Source of the DNA: Eledone cirrhosa
Lineage: Eukaryota
Direction of reading: 5' to 3'
Assembly (NCBI GenBank): GCA_964016885.1
Contig: OZ024755.1
Span: 33,852,001-33,916,000, forward strand
DNA: 64,000 bases
Part shown: positions 23,290 through 36,236 of the stretch, in pieces
Position numbering within the stretch: position 1 is the first letter of the stretch
Layout: each line of letters opens with the position of its first letter
Notes under the pieces: generated by a model
Told to the model about the DNA's origin: nothing
Seen by the model: only the letters and a program-made list of their open reading frames with translations
The model's database searches: none
Position numbers and translations under genes: made by a program

Positions 23290-25633
23290 CTAGATGTTAT
23301 TCACAGTCATCTGAACTTGGTATACAATAACACAGCAAGGAACCTTTGCTTTCATATATTTCAGCCACAATCTGAGTACGAAAATGTTCTGGAATGAACT
23401 GTATATTCATTTGATAAATGAGTCCATTGTTAACAGTTGGAATTTTTTTAGACCCAGAAATTTTCTAATATTGTGGGATTTCACCAATTTTGGTTCATTA
23501 TTCAGTTAACAATTCTTATATAGAACTTTTCTGATTAAAAGCATTCCTAATTTCCTTAACTACTTCAACTTTCAAGTCTTGGTCATAAGTTTCATCTTTC
23601 AATGAAAACATCTGATACTTAAAAACTCCTTTCCTCCTCATCTATTGTTGATTATAACTGAGACACCTCATCTACATAAGAAATAACACTACCTTTTAGA
23701 TCGTAAAGTTTGAAATCAAAGTGTGATAATAAAATTGCTCAGCAAGTTAACTTTTGAGAAACATGATTGGGTAAACATATTCCTCATAAGAATATACATT
23801 CTACTGGTTTGTAATCACTTTGTAGAACAAGCTTTTTCCAAGTAAGAAAATCTGAAGTTGCTGAACACAGCAGACTACAGTACAAGCTTGTCTGTCTATA
23901 TTAAACCAATTAGTTTTACTTTCTGTAAAAGTGTGACTAATAAAGGCAACGTAATTAGTTATTATGTGTGTAATTGCATATTTAGAACTATCAACAGTTA
24001 AAACTAAATTCTTTTTCAAAGAAAACGACTTTCACACCAGTTTAATAACTAGAATATAATTTAATTTATTAAAGGCCGCAATTTGTTTATTTGGCCAGTA
24101 AAATTTGACCCTGTTTTGTTGAATAATATCAACATATCCTTCTGTGAACTTACGATAGTAATTAGTTACCCACCCCTCTCAAAAAACAAATATCATTAGC
24201 TGCCTGATAATGTAAAGTTTCAATATAAATCAATTTTTTAAATAATTTTTGACATGGTTGCAATCAACAGACTGCAACCATATCAAAAATTATTTTAGGT
24301 GACAGATTAACACCAAGACAATTTATGGACTGGGTCTTGAAAATACACTTATCTACATTTAACCCTTTAACATTTAAACTAACCATATTCAGCCAGAATG
24401 CTCTCACCTCTTTCTGTTCAAACAACTCATACTGATGTTAAAAATGAAAGGCAAAGTTAAACTTGGTGGGATTTAAACTCAGAACACAAAGAGCCATAAT
24501 TATATGCTCTACCGATACTGCCAATCCACTGCCTTGTTCTCAAAATAAATATCAAAATCTCCGAGATTCGATATTATGTGAGATAATTATGTGAGGTGAA
24601 GCCTTTACCATGAAAATACAGTAGTATATATATAGAGTAATGGAAATATTAAAGGGTTAATGTAACTCTAAGTTTTTTCAATACAAGGATCTTTTTAATG
24701 AGTATTACCAATATTTTTCATACAATCTTCAAAAACGGGGCTTGTATTCTTTAATCACATATGTCATCTGTTTACCAAAGAGCCCATTTCTCATATTTAT
24801 TGTACATAATTTTTTCACTTCATCCTCTAACTCCATTTACCAATATCCATGCATGCATCAAATTTTGAAAAATACTGAATGTTTTCTGTGCCTGCAAAAT
24901 CTGTATCCATGTTCGGTGTGGGATGGGAATAAGTACAAATGTGATAGGTACAAACGATGTAGTCAGCACATTCTTAGAGCTCCATCAGAGTTATGGACCA
25001 ATACAGCAGGTGATACATTCTTCACACATTTATAATCACATTTAGTTATAATATCCATCAATTTCAACCTATGCAGTTTCACCTTAACATCTTGGTGAAA
25101 ATGAATAAGGACAAGACGAGCAGAAAAGAATTTATCATTATGATCCTTTAACTTTACGTTCACCTTATACCCCTTAATTACAGATAATACTTCAATGCAT
25201 AAGGAAATATGTTTATCTGTATTCATAATGTCATGACCGATCAATCCAGTGTCGTATGGTATATCAAGTAAAATAAATGCTTGAACAATGTCTACATTGT
25301 AATATTTAATGTTTGCATGAGTCTTACTATGAACACAAAGTTTAAATCCATCAAAGGTCATTAAAATCTGATCGGTGTTATTGACTGTTAATTCTGACTT
25401 CTTAGCTATATGAAATGGTAAGATTGAGCATACAGCTCCAGTGTCACACTGTAAGGAAATATTAACATTATCTACTGAACATGCAACTTTATTAATGAAT
25501 TTTCTTGCCTTCCATTTCATTATCTTCATCATCAGATCATTTCTCTCACACCTCCTGACATCTGATGATAACATTGCTGGGCTAACCAAACCAAACCAAA
25601 CCAAACATTTTAAAAACGACATTTTATAACACA
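23290..25633 (-). pseudogene. pol: decayed Ty3/Gypsy pol (protease, RT, RNase H)
   Basis: CDTGAVCSILP protease motif and SPAVLVHNSDGALRMC RT start in ORF 24963-25634; RNase H LVLTVDSSKY...VAFISHTFTESKTNWFNIDRQA...FLLGK in ORF 23801-24019; many stops. Confidence 0.8.
24363..24656 (+). mobile_element. piggyBac-type MITE containing a SINE A fragment
   Basis: TTAA-CCCTTT...AAAGGG-TTAA; SINE A (-) at about 24443-24535. Confidence 0.85.
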
Positions 25634-27349
25634 TTCGGGTTTGTGTCAGGAAAAAGTACCACAGACGCTCTTTTCATTGTACGACAACTACAGGAGAAGT
25701 ACCTAGCTAAAAGTAAACCCCTATACTTAGCTTTCGTCGACTTGGAGAAGGCCTTCGACAGAGTCCCCCGTTCCATTATCTGGTGGGCTCTTAGAAAACT
25801 AGGTGTTGATGAATGGCTTGTGAGAGCTATACAAGCCATGTATAAAGAAACAGTCAGCAAGGTTAGAATTAACAACGAATATAGTGAAGAGTTTAGTGTA
25901 AAAGTTGGTGTTCATCAGGGCTCTGTTCTTAGCCCCCTACTATTTATTATTGCCCTCCAGGCTATAACAGTGGAGTTCAAGACCGGCTGCCCATGGGAAC
26001 TCCTATACGCAGATGATCTAACGCTCATAGCTGAATCAATGGCCGAGCTAGAGAAGAAATTCCAAACATGGAAGCACGGCCTAGAATCAAAAGGCCTTAA
26101 AATTAACCTGGCTAAGACTAAAGTTCTAGTTTGTAAGAAAGAAAATAAGGCGGCGGTCCCCTCCAGGAAGTGGCCATGCGCAGAGTGTAGGAAAGGCGTA
26201 GGTAGAAATTCCATTTTGTGTCCCAAATGCAAAGTTTGGGTGCATAAAAGATGTAGTGGGATCACAGGTAAGCTAACTAAGAACAGATTTTACATGTGGC
26301 CGGTGTTCTGGGGCAATAAGTAGAAGCAAGTGCCCACAGAATACTAGCTCTTTCAACTGCGCAGAGGGTTCTATAGAAATAGTGGACAGCTTCCGTTACC
26401 TGGGTGACAAAATCAGCAGTGGGGGAGGGTGCTCTGAAAGTACAGTAGCTAGAGTCAGAACTGGGTGGAAAAAGTTCAGAGAGCTTATACCACTATTAGC
26501 CGCTAAAGGGTTCTCCCTAAAAATGAAAGGCAGGCTGTACGATGCCAGCATACGAACAGCAATGTTGCATGGCAGTGAGACCTGGGCATTGTGTGCAGAG
26601 GATATACGCAGACTAGAGAGAAACGAAGCTTGCATGCTCCGCTGGATGTGTAATAGTAATATACGTGAACGACAAAGCATAAACGAACTAAGGAAAAAAT
26701 TAGAAATAAGAGGGATCAGATGTTGTTTACTAGAGAGAAGGCTACGTTGGTATGGTCACGTGATGCGCATGAAGGACGATAGCTGTATAACAAAGTGCAG
26801 GGCAATAAAGATAGACGGTAGCCATGGAATAGGCAGACCCAGAAAAACCTGGGACGAGCTGATAAACTCCAGCCTCACACACTTACACTTCACCAAGACA
26901 ATGTCACTGGACCGAGACCTTTGGCGGTACTCAGTAATAGAGAAGACCCGCCTTACCTAAATACAAAATAAAACCTACTACAGTCAGTAGGCATCTCTAA
27001 CAAAATACACCCCCCCCCCCCATCCACACTGCCCCCTTCTATGTAAAGTTATGTTGGTGCCACACCATCCAGGCCGAAACAAATGAGATCGTGTAGGTGT
27101 CACGACAAAAAAACACACAGTCCACGCTGTAATGTGGCCGTGTAGGCAACACGGTAAAAACCTCCCAGACCCACACTGTAAATGTGGTTGGTGTTAGGAA
27201 GGGCATCCAACTGTAGAAAACCTGCCAGACAGTCCTATGCGAGCAAGACAATCACTCTTGCCTCAAGTGGGAAAACCCCCGTCCAAACCCATGCAAGCGT
27301 GGAACACGGACGTTAAACGTTGATGATGATGATGATGATGATGATGATA
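25634..27349 (+). mobile_element. 5'-truncated RTE LINE with PHD finger in RT region
   Basis: FGFVSGKSTTDALF, FVDLEKAFD, GVHQGSVLSP, LLYADD; 2-nt deletion near 26285 relative to the 61527 copy; (GAT)n tail; probable TSD TATAACACA/TATAGCACA (25625, 27350). Confidence 0.95.
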
Positions 27350-27616
27350 TATAGCACACCTTCCAAAATACTGGGTATTTTTGACAAATATTTAACGAAT
27401 AAATTATTTGCATCTCACTTTTAGATTATAGGGATTAGTTTAGTTTCTCACAGGTTCAACTGCAAATGTTTGAGACTGTCTTTTCAACAGTACCTCACAC
27501 AGGCACTTGTGGTGCAATGTAAACAGTTATATCACAAGTGTGTCACATTTTATTCTTATGAGATCCTGCAACTTCATTTTAACATGAAGAGAAGCCACTC
27601 CTGCCACAAAAATAGC

Positions 27617-27745
27617 TTAATCTTTTAGCATTTAAACCGGCCATATCCGGCCAGAATTTTCTCACCTCTTTCTGTTCAAACTGGCCATAATCGGGTGCTC
27701 ATACTTATGTTAACGCATTGTTTTTTAAATAAATAATATTAAAAT
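27617..27745 (+). mobile_element. partial piggyBac-type MITE
   Basis: ttaatcttttagcatttaaaccggccat... matches the 32338 and 34602 copies. Confidence 0.7.
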
Positions 27746-28825
27746 GTTGTAGTTTCTCATTTCCCTATCCTAAGTCATATCATATCCATGGTTCTTTCAA
27801 ACACTACAGCTTCCTTTCCTGAATAAACAGTAAAAACAAATGGAGGATCTAAAACTGATGAAGGACTTCTGAATATCTCAATTGCTAAATATCTTCTAAC
27901 AAACCTCCCACCTTATATAACGATGAAACCATATGTGTTTAAATGAGAAGACATTACAACCACAATTGAGATACTATTTTCACTATTAGAACTCTGATTG
28001 AAGATAAGAATTAATCCATACTTCTAAAGCTTCAATTGACAGTCCATTGTGTTATATATCTGCTTGAACAGAACAGAGAAGTAATGAAGAACAAAAATAC
28101 CACAAACACAATAAAACATGAAAACCCCCAAAGCACTGTACTGACATGAAACAATCCCAGAATCCCTATTTCCCTTAGCAAAACACAAACATACATCACT
28201 CACAAAAATAGCCGCAACATCAATTTCCTATCTTGGTAAAAAATCTGTGCAAGGTTTCCTATCATCTTTAATAAATCCCAAGAATCACAGCTGTTTCACA
28301 GAAACTTAGTCAGCCTTGCCCACCTCCACTGTTGTCATCAATCTCAGACTTATCAGCATTATTCCTCTAGTTCCTGTTTTCCTTGTAATATCTTGCCAAA
28401 TCTAATGTCATTTTTAAAGCAATCAATAGCTATGTTACTATTGTTTCCGCAAAGATTTATTAACAATATATGTTTCCTACACAACAGTTAGACATTTCTC
28501 TCTGGCTTCCTTTCTTCCTCTCTTCTTCCTATTTCACCTTAGTTCTCTCTCTCTCTTGCGCTCTCTCAATCTTTTCTTTCTCCTTTTGCATAATTATCTA
28601 TTTATCTATCTACCTATTTCCCTCTATCTATACACACAACAGACACACATAAAACACACACACACCATAACACACATACACACAACTCCCCCCCCCACAC
28701 ACACACAAGACAACGCACACACCACACACACACAATACAACTCAAACAACACACAACACTGCTGCTACCTCCCACACACTCATACGTTTATAATCTATTT
28801 GTCTGTTTATCATTATACGGTGCGA

Positions 28826-28935
28826 GTTCAAATCCCGCCGAGGTCAACTTTGCCTTTCATCCTTACGGGGTCGATAAAATAAAGTACCAGTAATACACTG
28901 GTATAATTGCTGGCCTTGTGCCAAAAGTAGAAACA
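28826..28935 (+). mobile_element. truncated SINE A
   Basis: TSD ATTATACGGTGCGA / ATTATATGGTGTGA differing only at CpG sites. Confidence 0.8.
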
Positions 28936-29097
28936 ATTATATGGTGTGAACATATCTATATAGTGTATTGGGTTGCCACAATGTCAAGCTCGTGGCAAAG
29001 ACCAGTGGAAACATAATACCTTGCATTGCTTTCTACCAGTAGTCGGGACCAGCAGATAGCATTAGCAGGCATATAAATAAAAAATGGACATAAAACG

Positions 29098-29134
29098 ATG
29101 GTGAAGATGATGATGATGATGATGGTGAAGATGG

Positions 29135-29180
<46 letters not shown>

Positions 29181-29299
29181 GGTGGTGAAGATGATGGTGG
29201 TGATGATGATGATGATGATGATGGTGATAATGATGATGGTGGTGGTGATGATGGTGATGGTGATGATGATGATGGTGATGATGATGGTGATGATGATGG

Positions 29300-29348
<49 letters not shown>

Positions 29349-29590
29349 GGTGAAGATGATGATGATGGTGATGATGATGGTGATGATGATGATGATGATG
29401 ATGGTGATGGTGATGATGATGATGGTGCTGGTGGTGATGATGATGATGATGGTGAAGATGGTGATGATGGTGATGATGGTGATGATGGTGATGATGGTGC
29501 TGGCGGTGGTGGTGGTGTGGTGGTGATGGCGGTGGCGGTGGTGGTGGTGTGGTGGTGGTGATGATGACGATGATAATGAGGATGATGATG

Positions 29591-29630
<40 letters not shown>

Positions 29631-29643
29631 CGATGATGATGAT
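29098..29643. repeat. (GAT)n/(GGT)n trinucleotide tract
   Basis: The poly-M/V ORF is an artefact. Confidence 0.95.
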
Positions 29644-30089
29644 TATATGAACTTACTGTAAATTTAGAAAAGTATATAAAAATTTGTCACTGCATGGAAT
29701 ATGAGATAGTACTCATATAAAAAAAAAAACTAAAACTACTATCTTAGAATTATAGTGTATGAATTTCCAATGCTGCTGAAAAAGCCTATCGTGAAGGATA
29801 TGTTAAGAAATGCAATCGTAATAACATAGATTATTAAGTACATTCAAAATGCAGTATTCCAAAAATTCTTGAAAATAACCAAATATGAGAGATATAATTA
29901 TTTCAAACATATCAAATAATAAAAGATACCTAACATTAACATTGATATATTTGATAGAGTTTTACCAAGCCAAAACTTCAACTAAAGTAATATAGTTTAC
30001 TATACCACTTCATCATATATCTTGTGATTCAAATAAAACAAAACATTGGTATTACATGATAATCAAAGATCCATAGGCAAAATCTTTTG

Positions 30090-30145
<56 letters not shown>

Positions 30146-30147
<2 letters not shown>

Positions 30148-30265
30148 GGAACGAGTAGGACCCCGATGGCTGAGCTCAAGCCGTTTCGATGGCTAATTCT
30201 GGACTAAGTATTGAGTACTTTGGTGCGTTATGGTCCACCTGGTTCCTTATCACATTTCCTCCATT
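30146..30265. mobile_element. internally deleted hairpin-family element
   Basis: Left hairpin arm joined directly to the agtattgagtactttggtgcg tail; (TA)n flanks. Confidence 0.75.
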
Positions 30266-30289
30266 ATATATATATATATATATATATTT

Positions 30290-30408
30290 ACCTCAGATCG
30301 CTGAAACTCATGGAGGACATGACGAAGGACCATGAAGGTGGAGAGATGCTGTGCTTAATAGGACCCGTCCAATCCTTGCAAGCGGACGTAAAATGATGAT
30401 GATGATGA
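30290..30408 (+). mobile_element. RTE LINE 3' stub (37836 family)
   Basis: LRSLKL...WRDAVLNRTRP and (GAT)n tail. Confidence 0.75.
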
Positions 30409-30423
30409 TACATATATATATAT

Positions 30424-31073
30424 ATGTATTTGGGAGCAAAAATTGGGAATACGGAAGATGATGCGGTCGAGAGGAAGAGCAAAGCCTGGGCGGCATGCCA
30501 TAGTTTGAGATCGGTGTGGAAGTTGGACCTTTGTAAAGACCTGAAGATCCATCTCTTCATTGCTGTAGTGGAGTCTGTGCTACTGTACGGGTCTGAGACT
30601 TGGAGACTGACCAAGAAACCCACTCAGATGGTGGATGGGTGTTACACGAGAATGCTGAGGATGGCTCTGAACATTAATCCAAACTCTCCCCCTCTCTATA
30701 TCAATTAGCACCAAACTCTCCCCCTCTCTATATCTACTACACAAAACTCTCTTTCAATACCCCTCTCTAAATCAAGAGGATGAAGAACTCAGAGCTGTAT
30801 GGGAGCCTCCCAAAAGTCAGCTCAAAAATGACACAGAGGAGACTGAGGTTAGCTGGACATACTCACCGACATCCAGAGTTGACACTGCACTCAATGCTCC
30901 TGTGGGAGCCCCTGCTTGGACACACTGGAAGAGGAAGACCAAGGTTAACATATGTTGATGCCCTAAGGACAGATACTGGTCTGTTGGAGACGCAGGACAT
31001 GGCAGCGATAATGAGGGACAGAGACCGTTGGAGAGAACTCATCCATGGATCTCGGGAATTTTACCCGCCCTAG
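30424..31073 (+). pseudogene. RTE-clade LINE C-terminal fragment
   Basis: VESVLLYGSETW...DGCYTRMLRMALNI; RRLRLAGH..RHPE...LLWEP...GRGRPRLTYVD; interrupted by a short CT-rich insert. Confidence 0.85.
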
Positions 31074-31170
31074 GTATATATATATCATCATCATCATTTT
31101 ACGTCCGCTTTTCCCTGCTTGCAAGGGTATATATATGTAAGTAGTTTCACAACAGTTAGTTCACCATACC

Positions 31171-31207
31171 GAGAACAAATGTTTCACCTTATTCGAATCC
31201 TCAGCTC
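31171..31207 (-). ncRNA. minimal hammerhead (14913 family), weakened stems
   Basis: Minus strand: gag CTGAGGA ttcgaataaggt GAAA catttg TT ctc. Confidence 0.55.
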
Positions 31208-31319
31208 AGTTTAGACCAAGCTGAGGATCCGATTACTTCTACCAAACCCGTCCCATGGACTGAGTGTTCTACTACTTTAACCCATCAGTATTCTACTATT
31301 ATATATATATATATATTAA

Positions 31320-31539
31320 GGATCGATCGACTTTTGTAAAATCGGACCGAGGAAACAATGTTTCCGTTGGTCTTTCCAATTGCTAATACTATCTATCGGT
31401 CGCAACTCCAGGTAGAAGGAGCAATGTGAAATAAAGTGTCTTGCTCAAGGACATAACACATCGCCCAGTCCAGGAATTGAACTCACAACCTCAAGATTGT
31501 GAGTTCAATTCTCTAAACACTCAGCCACACGCCTTCACA
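31320..31539 (-). mobile_element. CORE-type SINE, separate subfamily
   Basis: tRNA-like head and ccttgagcaagacacttt core with a different tail; second copy at 52352-52575 (+). Confidence 0.8.
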
Positions 31540-31743
31540 AAATTACTTCTGCAGCGCCCGCTCGATATTGAACCTCTCACCTCGTTACGAAACAATGAAT
31601 ACCCATTACTCTTACCAACGAAGCTACAATAGAATATATATATATATATATATATATATAATGTCACCCATATATATAAAGTCACCCGTCTAATCCATGT
31701 TAGCGTGGAAGATGGACATTAAATGATGATGATATATATATAT

Positions 31744-32076
31744 GGAGGCACATGGTTTAGTAGTTAGAGCATTGGCCTTGCAACCGAAAGGTTGTGAGTT
31801 CAATTCTCAGACCGGGTGATGTGTTGTTTCCTTGAGCAAGGCACTTTATTTCACATTGCTCCAGTTTACTCAGCTGTAGAAATGAGACCCCAGTCCCTGT
31901 CTTTCCACTGCAAAGTGGTCGTGGAGGTGCCACGGAAAAAAAGCACCCAGCACTCACTGTAAATGAGGTTGGTGTTAGGAAGGGCATCCAGCTGTAGAAA
32001 TCAAACCAGAATCAGTTCCTGTCCCACCCTTGCAAGCAGGGAAAAGTGGACGTAAAATGAAATGATGATCATGAAA
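31744..32076 (+). mobile_element. CORE-type SINE B
   Basis: Full head-core-tail match to the 12203 copy. Confidence 0.9.
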
Positions 32077-32337
32077 TGATATATTTTGGAATTATGCCTG
32101 GTGAATGTTTTGGTTTTACTCTCGCTTTGTACAGGTATAATAAACAGGTGTGTCACACCATTATAACAATATATAAGATTAAAATCACTATAAATCATTA
32201 ACTATTTTAGCTCAATTTTGTATATTCTAGGTTCAACTCTAAACCTGAGGTATTTTTGAGCTTAACTGATACCATTGATCACAATAGCTGATTTAGTCAA
32301 TAAAATGTTGCATTATCCACTTATTAGTTATACTTAA

Positions 32338-32541
32338 TCTTTAGCATTTAAACTGGCCATAACTGACTAGAGGTCTCTCACCTCTTTCTGTTTAAACCAG
32401 CCATAACCAGCCACTCATACAGATGTTAAGGTATTGTTCTCAAAATAAATATCAAAATCTCGTAGATTCAATATTATGTGAGATAAAGCCTTTACTGTGA
32501 AAATATGATACAAAATATAGAGTAATGTAAATGGTAAAGGG
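32338..32541 (+). mobile_element. piggyBac-type MITE
   Basis: TTAA at 32334 and 32542; ends AAAGGG. Confidence 0.85.
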
Positions 32542-32571
32542 TTAATCTGATCTACTAGCCATGAGAGTGGT

Positions 32572-32900
32572 GGCATGTGGCTTAGTGGGTAGCATATTTG
32601 GCTCACAATGATGAGGTTGCGAGTTTGATCACCAAACCAGGTGGCATATTATGTCCTTGACCAAGACACTTTATTTCATGTTGTTCCAGTTCTCTCAGCT
32701 GGATAAAATGAGTTACAACATCACTGGTGCCAAGCTGTGTCAGTCTTTGCCTTTCCCTTGGACAACATCAGAGGTTACTGATATGCATGGGTGACTGCTG
32801 GTCTGTTATAGAAAAAAAAAATCCCTTCCCCAGGTTTGTGCCTTGGAGAGGTACTTTTTAGGTGCAAATCCAAATCCATGGTCAGCCATGACCAAAGAAG
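32572..32900 (+). mobile_element. older CORE-type SINE
   Basis: ggcatgtggcttagtgg head, gtccttgaccaagacactttattt core. Confidence 0.7.
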
Positions 32901-33984
32901 AAAGCCACTTCATCCTCTTCTCCCTTCCGTCCTTGAGCAAAACACTTAACTTTCAGATATTTCTGTCCACTAAAATGTATTCAGGTAGTTTTCAAAGCCT
33001 AAATGTAAATACTCTATATAATTGACAATGGCTTTTTTTTTCCTTTTTCTTTTGCTTAGAGTCCTCCAATAGATATTATTTGATGGAATATGGCTTACCT
33101 GAATAGACTGCATAAAAATAGAATCTACTAGAACCCAAAGAATTGTGGATCTCACACTGACATTGATGTCCCTAGTTCAATTTAATCTGTAATGTTTAAG
33201 ATGAGTTCAGTTCTCTGTATAGCTCAGTTTTTATTAGTTTCAGAATTAAACAATGACAAACATTTTAACATGAGAAAATCTTCCTGTAAATGGAGAAAAC
33301 TTTTCTGTTTAAGCATCCTTTCTTTGTGATTTTTACTTTTATTTTTAACCTTCTATCTATGTATTTCTTTGCTATACTTCTAATGATGCCATTTAGAATT
33401 CCTGCAGGAACATTGCATTATAGCTTATTGGTGCACCAGGAAAATTAAGTAATGCTGTTTCTGCTATGAAAACTTGGTAGACTGCTGGCATTTACATAAC
33501 GCAAAATAAACCTTCTAATGATGCAAAAATAATGATGCAGTCTGTTTTCTTTGACAGACATTTAAAAAAATTTTGTATGTATATTTTCTACAATAAGGAA
33601 TAAAAATATATGTAAAAGATTCTTAAATCTTTAGTCTGATATAAAATAAAAATATAGCAGTGGTTCTGTGGATTCTAGAACAGAAAAGCTGAAAACATTG
33701 CAGTTAATTTGCTTTTAATTATATTTTTGGAAACTAAATGTCATATGTTTAGCTGGTACTACAGGGAGTGTTTCGGATTTTGGATTTCAAAGTAATTGTT
33801 TATTTATTTGCATTTGTAAAATGAAGCAGCTTGGAGATGGGATCAAAAGCTTGGGCATTTAATTCATTTATACTTTATTGTACAATCTACGTATATACTA
33901 CAACTGCCACCACAACTACTACTACAACTGCCACCACAACTACTACTACTACTGCTACTACTATTACTATTATCATTATTATAT

Positions 33985-34250
33985 AGAGCGATGAATTTGC
34001 AGTATCAGTAAGGCATCGGACACCCTGCTTCGTGGCATAGATTATAGGTAGAGCGTCAGAAACCACGCTTTGCAGCATAGAGTTATGGCACTTTACGTTC
34101 TGAGTTCAAATCCTGCTGAGGTTGGCTTTGCCTTTCATCCTTATGGAGTCATTAAAATAAAGCACCAGTAATGCACTGGGGTCGATCTAATTGACTTTCC
34201 CCTCCCCCAAAGTGTTGGCCTTGTGCCATTAATGCTGGCCTTGTGCCATT
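33985..34250 (+). mobile_element. SINE A with duplicated head
   Basis: Family A body; (ATT)n tail. Confidence 0.8.
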
Positions 34251-34259
34251 ATTATTATT

Positions 34260-35855
34260 ATTTGACTATTTATCACAACTAACTTTGATGTTGCTTTGGG
34301 TCAGTTATTTTTGGGGATACAGAGCTACAACTAATAACATAGGGTAACTCCAGCATTTTCATATAATTCCTTGCCATTTCTCTACTGCTGATAGTCCAGA
34401 ACCTTCCTCAATATTCAGGCTGTTCCCAGTAGGTTTGACTTCTGGAACAATTCAATCCTTTGTGCAATTTCGACAGGTAGTTTTCAAGGTTTTTGCCCCA
34501 TGCCAAGAGCACCAATCTTGCACTGCTAATATGTCCTTCATAGCCTTTCCATAACCATAACCAAGTATTTTTGTTATTACAAATGTTTCTTGTTTCCTTA
34601 ACCCTTTAGCAATTAAACCAGCCATATCCTGCCAGAATTCTCTCACCTCTTTCTGTTCAAACTGACTATAACCGGCTTTCATACTTATGTTAAGGTATTG
34701 CCCTCAAAATAAATAATATAGTATCAGTAAGGCATTGGACACCCTGCTTCATGGCATAGATTATAGGTAGAGCGTCAAAGATAATTATGTGAAACAAAGT
34801 GTATACTGTGAAAATACAATAGTAAATATAGAGTAATGTAAATTCTAAATGGTTAAAGAATGCTGAATGCAGGACCCTTTCATTAAATGCTTTTTACACT
34901 CTTCAACAATCTAATTTTCATTGTTGTCACTGCATTACCAAGCATAGTCCTGTGCACCTTGGGTGTGCACAGTGTGGTGTTTGGTGGTGTTGTTTCTATT
35001 GTATTGAGTGTACTTTTGATCTTGTGCTTGAGCCAGTTTTGTGTGTTTGCTTGTTTATTTCCTCTCCATTCAGCTTTTTCAACTATTGGCCATGTAAGCG
35101 TTTATCTTGCCATCATTTTAGTCTGGTATTCTGGAGATCAGTTTTCAATTGAAATTTATGTTGTGTCTTCGTTGTTTTTATTTTCCTCACAATTATCTAT
35201 CAATCCAGCTCCTGTTTTGGGCTTTCTTGAAGGCATTAAACAATTTCTTGTTTTGTTCATGTTTCATGGCTATTTCTCTTAATTTTCTTTTCTTCTTCAT
35301 TAGATATTTTTGAAGTCATACATTAGTTATTTTATCATAGTTTTCCAGTTGCCTTAGGCCCCCTCCGCCTTGGGTTCATGGTAGGTATAATCTTTTTACA
35401 TCTGATTTTGGCTGGTGTGCTCTACATGCAGTCATTAGTTTTCCTTGTTTTTCTATCTATGCCTTTTAGTTCTTTTTGTGTCCTGTTCAGAATATTAAAA
35501 CTATAGTTTATTACTCAGGTCACTAAATTATGGATGTCAATTACCTTATTCTTTGCATTTAGTTTTGTTTTAAGTGTTAATCTAACCCATCTATAGTATT
35601 CCTTTTTAATCCTTTCTTTTATCTGCGTGTGCTGAAGACAGTACAGATCATTGATTCCCAAGTATTTGTATGTTTGATCCAAATCTCTTATCTCAGTTTC
35701 TTTATTTTTCACTAGTTTTCCTCTCCTCAGATTTGCCTTGGTGAATTTTTCTAGTTCAAATGCCATGCCTATTTCTTTTGTGAATCCATGTACTGCCTGT
35801 AGCAGTGTTTCAAGTTATCTCTTGTCTGCAGCATATAGCTTTAGGTCATCTATAT
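34260..35855 (-). pseudogene. decayed R4/Dong-like LINE (REL endonuclease class)
   Basis: YIDDLKLYAA...IGMAFELEKFTKANLRRGKLV...YKYLGI; C-terminal LLGTA*ILRKVL; 3' end abuts (ATT)n; interrupted by MITE 34602-34852. Confidence 0.75.
34602..34852 (+). mobile_element. piggyBac-type MITE
   Basis: TTAA at 34598 and 34853. Confidence 0.8.
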
Positions 35856-35956
35856 ATTTGAATAATTTTTACACATATATCATATGTATATAAGCAATGA
35901 CATTAGTCATGTTAAACTCACATAAATTTCTATATCAAAGTAACAATCAGATTTAA

Positions 35957-36236
35957 CCCTTTAGCATTCACATTATTTTATATTTACTATTATATTTTCA
36001 TGGTAAAGGCTTTACTTCACATAACATTTACATTACTCTATATATACTATTATATTTTCATGGTAAAGGCTTTACCTCACATAATTATCTCACATAATAT
36101 CGAATCTATCAGATTTTGAAAGTATTAATTTTGAGAACAATACCTTAACATCAGTTTGAGTGACCAGTTACAGCCAGTTTCAACAGAAAGAGGTAGAGAA
36201 TTCTGGCTGGTTTTGGCTGGTTTGAACACTAAAGGG
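35957..36236 (-). mobile_element. piggyBac-type MITE with internal 60-bp duplication
   Basis: TTAA-CCCTTT...AAAGGG-TTAA (35953, 36237). Confidence 0.85.

Noticed and set aside
24963-25634. 223-aa ORF as a host or domesticated aspartic protease
   Set aside because: Collinear with decayed Gypsy RT/RNase H containing stops; its start is created at the LINE junction.
27780-28460. Possible ancient CR1/L2 relic
   Set aside because: Only a compositional impression; no motif could be read reliably.
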